DNA of 64,000 nt from Candidatus Saccharimonadales bacterium (GCA_035510465.1 DATKHC010000010.1:22036-86035), one strand, 5' to 3'; positions 21,944-32,370 are shown, numbered from the stretch's first letter. Numbers and translations are program-made. The notes: generated by a model from the sequence alone, not told the origin.

Positions 21944-22348
21944 TTAATCCTTTCCGGCAATCGTCAACTGTTTAAACTTGTTTAATTTGGCCTCAAAGCT
22001 TAGATCGAGCTGTTGGTTCGCTAAGTTGAGCCTGACTCCACCAATAATATTAGGGTCTCTAATTTCACCAACAATAATTCGCTTAGCATGCGGGTAGAGC
22101 TTCTTGATCTGCTTTTTAATATCCTCTACGGCGCCAGCAGACAAAGGATGAGCACTAGTAGCTAGCACTTCAACGTATCCAGCGTCCGCCCAATCAGCTT
22201 GAACGTCACGAAGCAGCGAGGCAAGTTCGGAAATACGCCCTTCACTTAGCAGGTATGCGGCAACTTCACGACTCAGCCTCTTAGTCGAAACGCCCGCCAT
22301 AGCATCGTCTGCTACAATCTGGGCAATTTGGGTACGTGGTGTTTTCAT
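21944..22348 (-). CDS. atpH: ATP synthase delta subunit (short form)
   Basis: SAHPL, DPNIIGG, LDLS C-terminal motifs; operon position. Confidence 0.85.
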   Translation of the reverse strand: MKTPRTQIAQIVADDAMAGVSTKRLSREVAAYLLSEGRISELASLLRDVQADWADAGYVEVLATSAHPLSAGAVEDIKKQIKKLYPHAKRIIVGEIRDPNIIGGVRLNLANQQLDLSFEAKLNKFKQLTIAGKD

Positions 22349-22884
22349 CGACTAACCTGGCGCTCTCTTAAGGCCCGCTCGATTAGCTGACCATCCTTCT
22401 TAGCATCAACTTTCTCTTCAATAATTGCTTCGGTGGTGTCTGCGATCAGGCCGATTAGTTCCTTCTCCAGTTTCTGCCTAACCCTTTGGGTGTTCTGAAC
22501 TATTTGAGCTTCAGCTTCGCTTAAAATGTTGGCCGCTTTCTGGCGGGATTTCTCTTCAGCATCGCGAATGGCTTGGCGACCAGCGTCTTGGGCCTGAGCA
22601 ATAATGCCATCAGCCTCACGACGGGCTTGGTGCAACAACTTTTCAACCTTTTCTTCCATTTCAACTTGTTCAGCTTGGAGCTTTTCTGCCAGTTTAACGT
22701 TGCCCTCGATGGTGTCGCGGCGTTGCTTCATCATTTTCAGAATCGGGCCAAAGGCATAGTGACGCAGCACCAGATATGCAAGAATGAAAGTAACCAACTG
22801 GATCAAGAAGGCCTGCCCACTGAAACCGAGCGCGCCAATACCTGACGAGTTCGCAGCAAAATGATTTAGTAACGCGCTATTCAT
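22345..22884 (-). CDS. atpF: ATP synthase b subunit
   Basis: Single N-terminal TM plus long coiled coil; operon position. Confidence 0.9.
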   Translation of the reverse strand: MNSALLNHFAANSSGIGALGFSGQAFLIQLVTFILAYLVLRHYAFGPILKMMKQRRDTIEGNVKLAEKLQAEQVEMEEKVEKLLHQARREADGIIAQAQDAGRQAIRDAEEKSRQKAANILSEAEAQIVQNTQRVRQKLEKELIGLIADTTEAIIEEKVDAKKDGQLIERALRERQVSR

Positions 22885-22972
22885 AGTGCTCGGCGTCCAT
22901 TCCGTCTATCCGTATATCTTGAACTTCTCTCATTGTCTTAATCTAAGATTCTCCTATGTGTCTCTTTTGTTT

Positions 22973-23203
22973 TTATGCAAAGATAAATACTGACGCGAAG
23001 GCCAGTAAGCCGAAAAGCTCAACAATAGCCACGAAGATCAGGGCTTGACCCAACAGTGATCGAGCTGCTCCTGGGTTACGACCAACGGCCTGTAAATAAT
23101 TACCGCCAATCAGACCAATACCAATACCCGGACCAATAAAACCTCCACCGATCATTAAACCTTTGGCAATAATAGTTGTGTTAATAGTGTCTGCAACTGT
23201 CAT
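22973..23203 (-). CDS. atpE: ATP synthase c subunit
   Basis: GPGIGIG, RNP loop, conserved Glu (VELFG). Confidence 0.92.
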   Translation of the reverse strand: MTVADTINTTIIAKGLMIGGGFIGPGIGIGLIGGNYLQAVGRNPGAARSLLGQALIFVAIVELFGLLAFASVFIFA

Positions 23204-23262
23204 ACTATTTCACTTTCTCCTCTTTATTAATACTAATGTTTGTACTTAAACTCATTATAAAA

Positions 23263-24114
23263 CTAGCCACCCTCAGCCTCACCGTGCGTTACCTGTATTG
23301 TTTCAGGAACCTCTCTCTCGGTCAAGTCATGCTCGTGCCCGTGAGCTGAATTTACTGCAATCGCCAAATAGTTAACTGCCAGAATTACGAATATGTAGGC
23401 CTGAAGTGCCGCTACAGCCACTTCTAACAGGGTAAATGGCAGAGCAGTCAACGGAGCAGCAATATGACCAAGGTATGAGAAGACGGCAATCAGAATTTCA
23501 CCAATAGTGATGTTCAGGAAAAGTCGTAAACTTAAACTGATCACCCTACTTAGGTCAGTTACCATTTCTAGCATGCCAATAACTAGATAAAGCGGATTTA
23601 GCGGATTGCCAACAAAAAAATGTTTAAGGTATCGCCTGAAGCCACCCGACTCCCGAATTGAGGCTACGTAAACTAGTAGCATGGTGACCACACCCAAAGC
23701 TAAAGTTCCACTTAAATCACCAGTGAAGGGCCTAAGCAGCGGGAAGCCGTTACCCTTGATACCTTCACCAACAATCGGCAATAAGCCTAACCAGTTATTG
23801 AATAGAATGAAGAAGAAGAGGGTTACGAAGTAGGGAGTATAGCGCCTACCCGTTTCCTGATTATCAAAAGCACCCTCTACTAGGTTAGTAATAAACTCTA
23901 CGCCGACTTCGACATATTGAATAAATCCACCCTTAGGCTTAACTGTCACTTTTCGAGCAACAAGTATTAGAGCAACAGCAATTGCTATCACGCAAATCCA
24001 GCCATAGAACATTGAGTTGGTTATTGCGATACCATGGAATGCAAACACTTCATGCGGTGCAATGTGAACGACCGGCCCAGAAGTTGCCATCATTTTTATT
24101 AGTCCGCTAATCAT
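23263..24114 (-). CDS. atpB: ATP synthase a subunit
   Basis: NWLGLLP, SLSLRLFLNI, LQAYIF. Confidence 0.94.
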   Translation of the reverse strand: MISGLIKMMATSGPVVHIAPHEVFAFHGIAITNSMFYGWICVIAIAVALILVARKVTVKPKGGFIQYVEVGVEFITNLVEGAFDNQETGRRYTPYFVTLFFFILFNNWLGLLPIVGEGIKGNGFPLLRPFTGDLSGTLALGVVTMLLVYVASIRESGGFRRYLKHFFVGNPLNPLYLVIGMLEMVTDLSRVISLSLRLFLNITIGEILIAVFSYLGHIAAPLTALPFTLLEVAVAALQAYIFVILAVNYLAIAVNSAHGHEHDLTEREVPETIQVTHGEAEGG

Positions 24115-24401
24115 CAGGTTTCACCCCAGTCGCTTACTATTTTTAGCGTTCGTCTAAGTATGGCGACAACTCCAACAACCGCCCCAGCAAAACCAACAAT
24201 CGTCCAAAGCGGTTGGGTGTGCGAATGTTTGTCTAGACTGTAGCCACCCAGCACCGGCAACAGGACAACGATTGCTAACTGCCAGCTCATAGATACAACC
24301 GTAGCTAAAAACTGCTTTTTAAGCATATCTTGTTTGTTCTTGGACTTCAGCTCGGACTTCGGGAAAGCCTCGTCGGTACCAGTTGAGGCAACGTTCTTCA
24401 T
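24114..24401 (-). CDS. AtpZ/AtpI family small membrane protein
   Basis: Two TMs with GGY.LD...T.P motif; first gene of the atp operon. Confidence 0.75.
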   Translation of the reverse strand: MKNVASTGTDEAFPKSELKSKNKQDMLKKQFLATVVSMSWQLAIVVLLPVLGGYSLDKHSHTQPLWTIVGFAGAVVGVVAILRRTLKIVSDWGET

Positions 24402-24491
24402 CTGTTTTTATTATATCAATTAGTGGGGCTCAGGGAAAATACCTATTTCTTGCTTAAAAAGGTTAGCGAAATTGTTTATGATTAATGCTTA

Positions 24492-24719
24492 GTGAAGTTC
24501 TCCGAAACAAAACAACGATCAATCTTCAAGTCAATAACGTTTCGTATTCTAATTGTCTGCGCAGACTTGGTTGTTATCTATTTGATAACCAAGAAAGTTA
24601 GCGCAACAATCGCTATCACAATTATCACCAACTTGGTTAGTACAACTCTGTACTTCTTGCACGAGAGACTCTGGAACGGAGTCAGTTGGGGTAGGCGAAA
24701 ATCTGTGGGGCCAAAATGA
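24492..24719 (+). CDS. DUF2061-like small membrane protein
   Basis: ET..RS..KSITFR ... YFLHERLW..V.WG. Confidence 0.75.
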   Translation: MKFSETKQRSIFKSITFRILIVCADLVVIYLITKKVSATIAITIITNLVSTTLYFLHERLWNGVSWGRRKSVGPK

Positions 24720-25045
24720 GAAACTTAAGTAGGCGAAGAGTCGTTACAACTGGGCTTAATCTATCTCAAGACGTTAGGTTACGCTTAAACAAAAGAATCT
24801 TTCTGCTTGTAGTCATTTGCAGCGTTATATGTGCTGTGTCTGTACGATTTTACGATAGTCTGAGTTATAACAACCAGCTTTCACAAGCTAATTCTCAGAT
24901 AAGTTCTGACAAGTCATCATTGAATACTGAGCAAACAGATGCCCAGTTTATTATTGATAACGACAACTCTCAGCTCAATTGTTACCAACTTGCGTCGTCC
25001 TACGACCGCAATCTCTGCTTTACTCACAACCAGAAGAACCCTTAA
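24716..25045 (+). CDS. Hypothetical membrane-anchored protein
   Basis: One TM, short coiled region, two C-terminal Cys; ATGA overlap. Confidence 0.5.
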   Translation: MRNLSRRRVVTTGLNLSQDVRLRLNKRIFLLVVICSVICAVSVRFYDSLSYNNQLSQANSQISSDKSSLNTEQTDAQFIIDNDNSQLNCYQLASSYDRNLCFTHNQKNP

Positions 25046-25119
25046 GGGAAATGGCCACTTGCACTTAAAGTGTTAAGGAGGCAATTTACCACTGTTCAAA
25101 CTAATGTTAAAATTAAGGT

Positions 25120-25359
25120 ATGATAACTATTTATTCAGCAGATTGGTGCGCGTTTTGCCGAGCAGCTAAAGACTACCTTACTAAATTAGATATTAAATTT
25201 ATTGAAAAGAATGTCGAACAAGACCCCGCAGCTGGCCAAGAGGCAGTTTCAAAATCTGGCCAAATGGGCATTCCAGTCATAGACGTCGACGGCAAAGTTA
25301 TTATTGGCTTCAATAAGCCAAGCCTAGATTCTGCTCTAAAACAAGCTGGCTTGATTTAA
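25120..25359 (+). CDS. Glutaredoxin/NrdH-like redoxin
   Basis: WCAFC, SGQMGIPVI, IIGF. Confidence 0.9.
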   Translation: MITIYSADWCAFCRAAKDYLTKLDIKFIEKNVEQDPAAGQEAVSKSGQMGIPVIDVDGKVIIGFNKPSLDSALKQAGLI

Positions 25360-25388
25360 CCAAACATTTTAAATAAGCTGGGCTAACA

Positions 25389-25958
25389 ATGAAGCTGGAT
25401 GAATATAAGTCCAAGCCATCGGTAGTCTTGGTATACACTGGTGAAGGCAAGGGCAAGACAAGCGCTGCACTCGGTCTAATGGTGAGAGCCCTTGGCAACC
25501 GGTCAAAAGTAGCTTTTATACAGTTCATTAAATACTGGGGTGTCAGTGAACATATATTTATACGAGATATCATGCCGGTTTTCAAAGGACAGCTTTTTTT
25601 CTATAAAGGCGGCAAAGGTTTTTACAAAGCAGGGGATTTAAGTCAGCCAAATATTTCCGAATCTCAGCACAGACAAGCAGCGCTGGAAACTTATGCGCAG
25701 GCTTACGGCAAAGCAACTTCAGGAAAATATGATTTGGTTGTCTGCGACGAGATTAACAACGCGGTGCATGATGGGCTGCTCAAAACAATCGATCTTGAAA
25801 ATCTAATCAAGAATAGGCATCCATCAACTAACCTGTGTCTAACGGGCCGAAATTTTCCAAAGAGTCTTATTAAATATGCCGACATCGTCACAGACATGAG
25901 CAAAATAAAACACCATTTTGACGATAAATTCATTGCCCAAAAAGGGATCGACTACTAG
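25389..25958 (+). CDS. cobO: Cob(I)alamin adenosyltransferase CobO/BtuR family
   Basis: YTGEGKGKTSAALG, QFIK, CDEIN, LTGR, KH.FD....GIDY. Confidence 0.88.
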   Translation: MKLDEYKSKPSVVLVYTGEGKGKTSAALGLMVRALGNRSKVAFIQFIKYWGVSEHIFIRDIMPVFKGQLFFYKGGKGFYKAGDLSQPNISESQHRQAALETYAQAYGKATSGKYDLVVCDEINNAVHDGLLKTIDLENLIKNRHPSTNLCLTGRNFPKSLIKYADIVTDMSKIKHHFDDKFIAQKGIDY

Positions 25959-26797
25959 TCCGAGGAACGATCAAGCCGAAGCCAATGCCATATATAACTA
26001 CTTATAACAAACGTTAGGGAGGGGATAGCGCATATTACTACTCCTAAAGCCCAAAGGCTAAAAGGGTAGCTCAGTGCAGATTCTTTTTTCAGAGTACCTT
26101 TTGAATCGTGGAGTTTCTTTGTATTTTGTGAACGCTTAATATATTGTTTGAATTTTGAGATCTTATGGTAGGAGCTGGCCCTTGATTCTGTGTCAATCAA
26201 AAGCTTAAAGTCCTGTTTTACCTTATAACCATGCCCAGCAAGTAGTAATGAGAGATCTTGGTCCTCGTGGACCAACTTGTCGTCCGTTGATGTCTCGCTT
26301 CTAATTGATTGCCATATTTGATTCCTAATTGCCATGTTGGCCCCCCAAAGTATCCTGGCATGGAAGAAACTGTTACTAGCCATTAAATAGACTATCGACC
26401 AGGCCCTTGAACGAAGTCCAAAATTTTCTGAAAAAGTGAACGCCAAACCCGGTCCAGTAACAGCCTTCAGCTCTTTGTCGATAAAATCAGCCTTAACCCT
26501 ACCAGCCCAATCGGGGGCTATTCTCGAATCAGCATCAACTCTTCCTATTAGATCACTCTTGGCCGCATTAAACCCTCGGTTTCTAGCTGAAGTTATGCCA
26601 GGTTTTGGCTCATTGATTACTCTTACGAAAGGGAACTGTGCTGCCTTTTTTGCAGTGTCATCGGTCGAGCCATTATCAACGACAATAACCTCGTCGGGCA
26701 TAACTTCCTGGCCGGCAATTGCGCTTAAGCAACCCTCGATATAGCGTGATTCATTGTATGCTGGTATAACTATTGATAACGTTAATGGTTTTTTCAT
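25955..26797 (-). CDS. GT2 family glycosyltransferase
   Basis: IPAYNE, VDNGSTD, ARNRG, DAD, GANMA, HED. Confidence 0.9.
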   Translation of the reverse strand: MKKPLTLSIVIPAYNESRYIEGCLSAIAGQEVMPDEVIVVDNGSTDDTAKKAAQFPFVRVINEPKPGITSARNRGFNAAKSDLIGRVDADSRIAPDWAGRVKADFIDKELKAVTGPGLAFTFSENFGLRSRAWSIVYLMASNSFFHARILWGANMAIRNQIWQSIRSETSTDDKLVHEDQDLSLLLAGHGYKVKQDFKLLIDTESRASSYHKISKFKQYIKRSQNTKKLHDSKGTLKKESALSYPFSLWALGVVICAIPSLTFVISSYIWHWLRLDRSSD

Positions 26798-26823
26798 GCG
26801 GGATTAGTTTAGTCTAAATAATT

Positions 26824-27942
26824 ATGTCACAGCCAAAAAAGCATAAAGTTAAAATTGTTAGATACATCTTGGATTCGTCTCTTGGTTGGTGGCGAAAAAA
26901 TTGGTGGCATAAAGTTTTGACCATTTTTGTCGCTATTGTTTTTGCTTGTGTTGGAGTTATGTACGGTATAGCTGAGTGGTATATAAATTCTCAGAAAAAC
27001 GTGCCTTACAATCTTGGGGTCACTTATATACCAGATTACGCCCAATACTACGGTCTCGACCCAGTCGCCACACTGCACGCAATACTTACGCAACTCGGTA
27101 TCACGAACATTCGTTTCGTTAGCTACTGGAGCGACATTGAACCATCACCGGGTGTTTTTGATTTTAGTGAATTAGACAATGAGTTCGCCCAGGCTCAAGC
27201 TGCCGACATGCCAGTTAGTCTGAGTATTGGACTCAGACAACCACGCTGGCCGGAGTGTCATATGCCAAGTTGGGCAGCCAATGAAACCGAAGCCCAGTGG
27301 TACCCCCAGCTAAAGACCTTTATGGCAGCGGTTATAAATAGGTATAAAAACTCTCCAGTACTTCAAAGCTATCAATTAGAAAATGAATATTTCCTAAAGG
27401 CTTTTGGGGAGTGTACGAATTTCTCACGGAGTCGCCTAATTGATGAATACAATTTTGTTAAAAAACTTGATCCCAAACACCCAATCATAATTAGTAGATC
27501 TAATAACGCAGTAGGTTTACCCATAGGCAAGCCAACCCCCGACGAATTTGGGGTATCAGTTTACAAACGAGTCTGGGACAAAAGCATAACTCACCGCTAT
27601 TTCGAATATCCTATACCAGCTTGGTTTTATGGCTTCCTGGCGGGCGCAGGTAAGCTATTAACGGGTAAGAACATGATCATTCATGAGTTGCAGGCCGAAC
27701 CTTGGCCTCCTAACGGTGACATATTATCGACTTCTATTGCTGAGCAAAACCTGTCAATGAACGCTCAAATTCTAGCAAGTCGTTTCAAATATGGTGAAGC
27801 AACGGGTATAAAAACAATTGATCTCTGGGGAGTGGAATGGTGGTACTGGCGAATGGTCGACCAACACGACCCTAGTCTCTGGAACACTGCCAAGGCTCAG
27901 TTTGCCTGGGCGAAAGCTCAAAATGCCAAACTCAACCATTAG
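26824..27942 (-). CDS. Membrane-anchored clan GH-A-like glycoside hydrolase (gene is on the + strand; see corrected entry)
   Basis: Strand listed in error here; the valid call is the following + strand entry. Confidence 0.01.
26824..27942 (+). CDS. Membrane-anchored clan GH-A-like glycoside hydrolase
   Basis: WSDIEP..G.FDF, PRWPECH.P.W, QLENE (acid/base), ELQAEPW (nucleophile), LWGVEWW. Confidence 0.75.
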   Translation: MSQPKKHKVKIVRYILDSSLGWWRKNWWHKVLTIFVAIVFACVGVMYGIAEWYINSQKNVPYNLGVTYIPDYAQYYGLDPVATLHAILTQLGITNIRFVSYWSDIEPSPGVFDFSELDNEFAQAQAADMPVSLSIGLRQPRWPECHMPSWAANETEAQWYPQLKTFMAAVINRYKNSPVLQSYQLENEYFLKAFGECTNFSRSRLIDEYNFVKKLDPKHPIIISRSNNAVGLPIGKPTPDEFGVSVYKRVWDKSITHRYFEYPIPAWFYGFLAGAGKLLTGKNMIIHELQAEPWPPNGDILSTSIAEQNLSMNAQILASRFKYGEATGIKTIDLWGVEWWYWRMVDQHDPSLWNTAKAQFAWAKAQNAKLNH

Positions 27943-28024
27943 CACTTCGTAGACTATAGTTATAGGTTGGTTAATTTTCTAGTTTGAATTTTCTCAAACC
28001 TGAGAGTATAAATACACACAAGTT

Positions 28025-28432
28025 ATGGAAGAACCAAATCAAGCCGGAGATTTGGGTGGAGATTTCGATCGGTTAATAAACGATGAAGCTGCAATAAGAG
28101 CGTTAACCGTCGACATGTCAGGCCGATTCGGTGTAGGTTTTGAGACTGCCGAAATAGCAGTTGCATGGGGCTTAAAGTGGGTAGAACACTACAATCTACT
28201 TGATGAATTATTCCTAGAGTTAGAGGGTGGCGACAGAGAGGCTAGACACACTAGATCTACTAGCGCTATGACTGATTTCGCATTCGAGCAATCTTTGGAG
28301 CGTGTAGGTGGGATTGGGGTCGGACCAAAAGGCGAGATATATGTGCCCTCCGTTAGCATCGCAGAAGAAGTCTTCAAAAGGTTCAAGGGCCGGTCCGCAG
28401 AGATAATCAAACACGGGTGGTTTGCCTCATAA
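28025..28432 (+). CDS. Hypothetical protein
   Basis: 135-codon ORF; the frame stays open for about 49 codons past the TAA. Confidence 0.5.
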   Translation: MEEPNQAGDLGGDFDRLINDEAAIRALTVDMSGRFGVGFETAEIAVAWGLKWVEHYNLLDELFLELEGGDREARHTRSTSAMTDFAFEQSLERVGGIGVGPKGEIYVPSVSIAEEVFKRFKGRSAEIIKHGWFAS

Positions 28433-28596
28433 TCAAGGTTAAATAGTACGGTAAAAACAGAAAATGGCCACAGTCTAGTGCTTGAAACATATAGAACAAT
28501 ACCCCACACGCTGTCCGAGGAAGAGCTGGAGGTGTATTTTGAGCTTCTAGGCCAAGAGCCCCAGGTGCTGCGGAAGTCATAGGCACAGTCAGTGAT

Positions 28597-29328
28597 TTGA
28601 GCTTGCCTAAGCTGGCCGTTAAACAAGTCGTTGAAGCTGGTCAAGACTGGAGAGTTAGGGAGGGCCTAAGTTTAATTGAAGCACATGATCCCGCAACTCT
28701 CAGACACGTCGTCAGGGTTAGCGCTCTTGCTGTTCATCTTGCGCTTATGGAAGGGTACAACGAGTCAGAAACACCACCACTTGCAATGGGAGCAATGCTT
28801 CATGATGTTGGTAAGATTGGGGTCCGTATTGATATCATTCACCCAACTGACGTGAAAACCTCTAAAGTAGATTACACCGAGGCAAGTCCGGATAGGCGTT
28901 TTGCGGCGATAAAAGTACATCCTGAAATTGGCTATTTACTTGCATGGAATATGTTTCGGGATGAACAAGACGTAGTCTTACGTAGACTGGTACCGGGCTT
29001 AGTCCTAACACACCACTGCCATAATGCCGACCGTGAAAATTATCCAACTGACGAAACTATGAGCAGAATGGAAGACGAAGGAGTGCTTAAAAAAGACGAC
29101 TTTTTGGACGCATTTTTACTAGATTTTGGTGGAATTCTCGCGATCTCGGATGTTTACGAGGCTATTACCGCTAACAGGACATATACGCACGGGATTGGCT
29201 TTGAAGATCCGGCGAAGGTTCGGCAATGTTTAGTCGATTCTCACCCGAAAATGGGTAGACGTATTGAAGAATTGATGCGTCTTCATCTTATAAGATTCCC
29301 TAATAATGGATGGATGGGAAAGGCCTAG
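28597..29328 (+). CDS. HD / HD-GYP-like phosphohydrolase (start uncertain)
   Basis: HVVRV, LHDVGKIG, HPEIG, HH, NYP, DVYEAIT..R.Y. Confidence 0.78.
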   Translation: MSLPKLAVKQVVEAGQDWRVREGLSLIEAHDPATLRHVVRVSALAVHLALMEGYNESETPPLAMGAMLHDVGKIGVRIDIIHPTDVKTSKVDYTEASPDRRFAAIKVHPEIGYLLAWNMFRDEQDVVLRRLVPGLVLTHHCHNADRENYPTDETMSRMEDEGVLKKDDFLDAFLLDFGGILAISDVYEAITANRTYTHGIGFEDPAKVRQCLVDSHPKMGRRIEELMRLHLIRFPNNGWMGKA

Positions 29329-29410
29329 CCATAAAAATAGGCAACGACAAATGGTTTATTAAAGCCTAGCGGTTTTGTCTTAAGAATTTATTTGGTTCAT
29401 AATATTCGCC

Positions 29411-29863
29411 ATGACTAAGTCAAAGCGAAAAAGCGGTGTTATAAGCAACCGCAGAGTCAGATATGACTACAGTGTCAAAGATGAGCTCGAAGTAGGTATC
29501 GTTTTAACCGGTGCTGAAACTAAAGCCTTAAGAAACCACCAGGGAAACTTGACGGGCGCTTATGTAATAGTTAAGGACGATGAGCTCTTCTTAGTTAATG
29601 CCAAAATTACTGGCAGTAGTTCGTCCTCAATAGACGAGAATGAACAGACCAGAACCAGAAAATTATTAGCTAAAAAGCGTGAAATAGGAGTGCTCGATAA
29701 GGCTAGGGTCCAAGGCCTAAGCATTCTCCCCAGTGAAATATTAACTGGTAGAAAATATATTAAATTAAGAATAGTAATAGGTCAGGGTAAAAAGCGCTAT
29801 GACAAAAGGGCAACCCTAAAAGCACGTGACGATTCAAGAAGGATTAAAACGTATAAACACTAG
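29411..29863 (+). CDS. smpB: SsrA-binding protein
   Basis: NRRVRYDY, GIVLTGAE.K, RTRKLL, GKKRYDKR. Confidence 0.94.
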   Translation: MTKSKRKSGVISNRRVRYDYSVKDELEVGIVLTGAETKALRNHQGNLTGAYVIVKDDELFLVNAKITGSSSSSIDENEQTRTRKLLAKKREIGVLDKARVQGLSILPSEILTGRKYIKLRIVIGQGKKRYDKRATLKARDDSRRIKTYKH

Positions 29864-29879
29864 TCGCTTGCTTTAAGCG

Positions 29880-30974
29880 CTAAATTTTTTTGGAAGAACC
29901 AAGCTGATCAACAATTTCCTGAGATTTCTCAATCAATACCTTGTTGGAAAATTGTTTTTTGTAAAGACCATGTCCTTTTCGGCCAATTGATTTTAGAGAA
30001 CTCCGATTTTCATATGCCCAAAGAATTTGTTTCGCTAGAGCCTGTGAGCTAGCTTGAGTAACAACTAAACTGTTAACTCGGTCGATGAACATCGTGCTAA
30101 CTTTATTTTTACCCACGATAGTTGGTATCCCAGTGGCCAGGAACTGCGCTGTTTTGCCGGTTACTACCATTTTGGCTTGAACAGAATTGCCAAATGGTCC
30201 ACCCAGCGCTAGATCGGCTCTCCGGATAGCCCTGGGTAGTTGAGCGGACTTTATCTCGTCACGATATTTGATGTTAGCGCCTCTGGCTTTAGTTTTTTCT
30301 GCAAGCGCCTTGGCTTCGGCACTGCCACCAACCAGCTGGAATTCAATTTTAGTAAAATACCTTAGTCTAAACGCTGTTTCTAAAATAATATTAAGCCCAT
30401 ATAGTGGGGTCATTCCTTCGCCGTAATTAAAAACCCTGAATACGCTATTTTTATTTAGTCTCGGTTGAGGTTTCTTGGAAGGGTAAAAGAGTTTTTCGTC
30501 TGCACTAATCGGAACCACGCGGTAGTGATTAGGCCTAAGCCCTGTCAGCTTTGATGAATAGTCCGCATGGGATTGAGTATCAGACAATATAAAACGGCAG
30601 TGTCTCGATAACCATAAATAATACTTATGCAGAAGCCGAGCTAGCATCCCGTTACGTTTTATAATGTGATGCTCGTAAACAGCCCACTCAATCGGATTAA
30701 TAAATTCATCGTAAATTACAGGTTTTTTGCCTGCTATTAAAAGAACCAAAAAAAGCATCTCATAGCCTCGAAAGGTTAGAACGTAAGCATCTGGCTTTTG
30801 GGTTATACGAGTTTTTATCAACCTGAAGGTTGTCTCGGCATACCTGGTCAAACCTTTGTTGGTATTCTTGACTACTATCGTCTCAACGCCCCTACAACCG
30901 CCAAAGCCTGTTCTAAGATTTTTAGCCCTAATGTAATCAGGGTCACTCTTGCAAGTGACTATTGCAATCCTCAT
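29880..30974 (-). CDS. GT4 (GT-B) glycosyltransferase
   Basis: DT..HA, P.YGL, ADLALGGPFG, K..Q.LA.G.P. Confidence 0.78.
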   Translation of the reverse strand: MRIAIVTCKSDPDYIRAKNLRTGFGGCRGVETIVVKNTNKGLTRYAETTFRLIKTRITQKPDAYVLTFRGYEMLFLVLLIAGKKPVIYDEFINPIEWAVYEHHIIKRNGMLARLLHKYYLWLSRHCRFILSDTQSHADYSSKLTGLRPNHYRVVPISADEKLFYPSKKPQPRLNKNSVFRVFNYGEGMTPLYGLNIILETAFRLRYFTKIEFQLVGGSAEAKALAEKTKARGANIKYRDEIKSAQLPRAIRRADLALGGPFGNSVQAKMVVTGKTAQFLATGIPTIVGKNKVSTMFIDRVNSLVVTQASSQALAKQILWAYENRSSLKSIGRKGHGLYKKQFSNKVLIEKSQEIVDQLGSSKKI

Positions 30975-31134
30975 AAACCTATTTATAACAGGTTTTCAGA
31001 TAAAAACAACTGCGGATATTATTACCGTTTGGTTAACGTGCAGGATATTTTAAGTCTTTAGGGTTTATTTAATCGATACTATCAAGCGACTGTCTCATCT
31101 ATACTGATAATAGTTATTTCTAGAAATCATAGGC

Positions 31135-32370
31135 ATGAGCAAGCGAGCACCAGCAAAGAAGCATAAAAAAAAGAAGTATCCAGCTTTATTGGTGGCCGTC
31201 TTAATAATCCTGGTGATCGCAGGCCCAATTTTCTTCTTGTTCGTTCGTTTCAGCTCAATAGGTCAGATCCACCCCAGCATCTCAGGGCCAAATCAAATAT
31301 CTACGGGCAGTTTAAATATAAGCTGGCCTGCATCAACAGAGGACGCCATAGGCGTTAGTGGGTATGGTCTGCTTAGCGAAAGCTCCAACCAGGCCGCCTC
31401 CCCAACAGCAAGTATCGCCAAAATTTTAACCGCACTATCTGTATTAAGGGTAAAACCATTGGTTCTTGGGGAGCAGGGACCAGTCATTACTATCTCTTCT
31501 GCCGACGTTAATTCATACTTAACTTACCAGGCTGAAGGCGGTTCAGTTGTTAAGGTTTCTCAGGGTGAACAAATTACGGAGTATCAAGCACTTGAAGCTA
31601 TGCTGCTTCCTTCGGCTAATAACATGGCAGACACTCTCGTCAATTGGGCTTTTGGATCTATGGATAACTACACTAGCTATGCAAACAATTACGCCAAGTT
31701 AATAGGAATGAGCTCAACACATATAGCGGATGCCAGCGGATTCTCACCTCAAACCGTCAGTAGTCCGACAGATCTTATAGTGCTCGGACAGACTGCTCTA
31801 AACAATCAGACAATTGCTCAAATTATTGCCCAAAAATCTGCCGTTATTCCAGTTGCTGGTACGGTTTCAAACGTGAATTGGTTACTTGGACAGAACGGAG
31901 TAATCGGGATAAAGACTGGTAACACAGACCAGGCTGGTGGATGTTATTTATTCGCGGCCAATTACGACGAAGGTAAGCAGGTTATCACAATCATCGGCGA
32001 TGTGAGCAAGGCAAGCACACTACAGAATGCCATAGACGACGGGGCAAATCTAATAGACCAAGTAAGGCCACAGATCCAAACGATTAACTTAAGTGCGACC
32101 AGTCTTGAGAACGTAGAATACAAATCTACCTGGGGCCAGAACAGTTCCGCAACTGCCACAGACCAGGAGACTCTATCTTATATCCCAGGAATGATTTTAA
32201 AAGAGCAGGTTAGCACTAAATCCATCAGGGTCCCTTCCATGCAAGGTAAGATTGTCGGACAAATAACCATATCTTCTGGCGCAGACTCCATATCATCAGC
32301 CTTAGCGCTAAAAAACAGCATAAACAAACCTGGCTGGCTATGGGTCCTGGAACACCCAAGTAAAATTTAA
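31135..32370 (+). CDS. D-alanyl-D-alanine carboxypeptidase (peptidase S11)
   Basis: SIAK (SxxK), SANN (SxN), KTG; N-terminal TM. Confidence 0.9.
   Translation: MSKRAPAKKHKKKKYPALLVAVLIILVIAGPIFFLFVRFSSIGQIHPSISGPNQISTGSLNISWPASTEDAIGVSGYGLLSESSNQAASPTASIAKILTALSVLRVKPLVLGEQGPVITISSADVNSYLTYQAEGGSVVKVSQGEQITEYQALEAMLLPSANNMADTLVNWAFGSMDNYTSYANNYAKLIGMSSTHIADASGFSPQTVSSPTDLIVLGQTALNNQTIAQIIAQKSAVIPVAGTVSNVNWLLGQNGVIGIKTGNTDQAGGCYLFAANYDEGKQVITIIGDVSKASTLQNAIDDGANLIDQVRPQIQTINLSATSLENVEYKSTWGQNSSATATDQETLSYIPGMILKEQVSTKSIRVPSMQGKIVGQITISSGADSISSALALKNSINKPGWLWVLEHPSKI

Noticed and set aside
29323-29384. Resemblance of CCTAGCCATAA and AAGCCTAGCGGTTTTG to the repeat tail
   Set aside because: Short gapped matches without the GTACGGAA/CCTCGAT core; likely chance
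29411-29880. tmRNA (ssrA) near smpB
   Set aside because: No room and no GGGG...TCCACCA ends visible in the flanks
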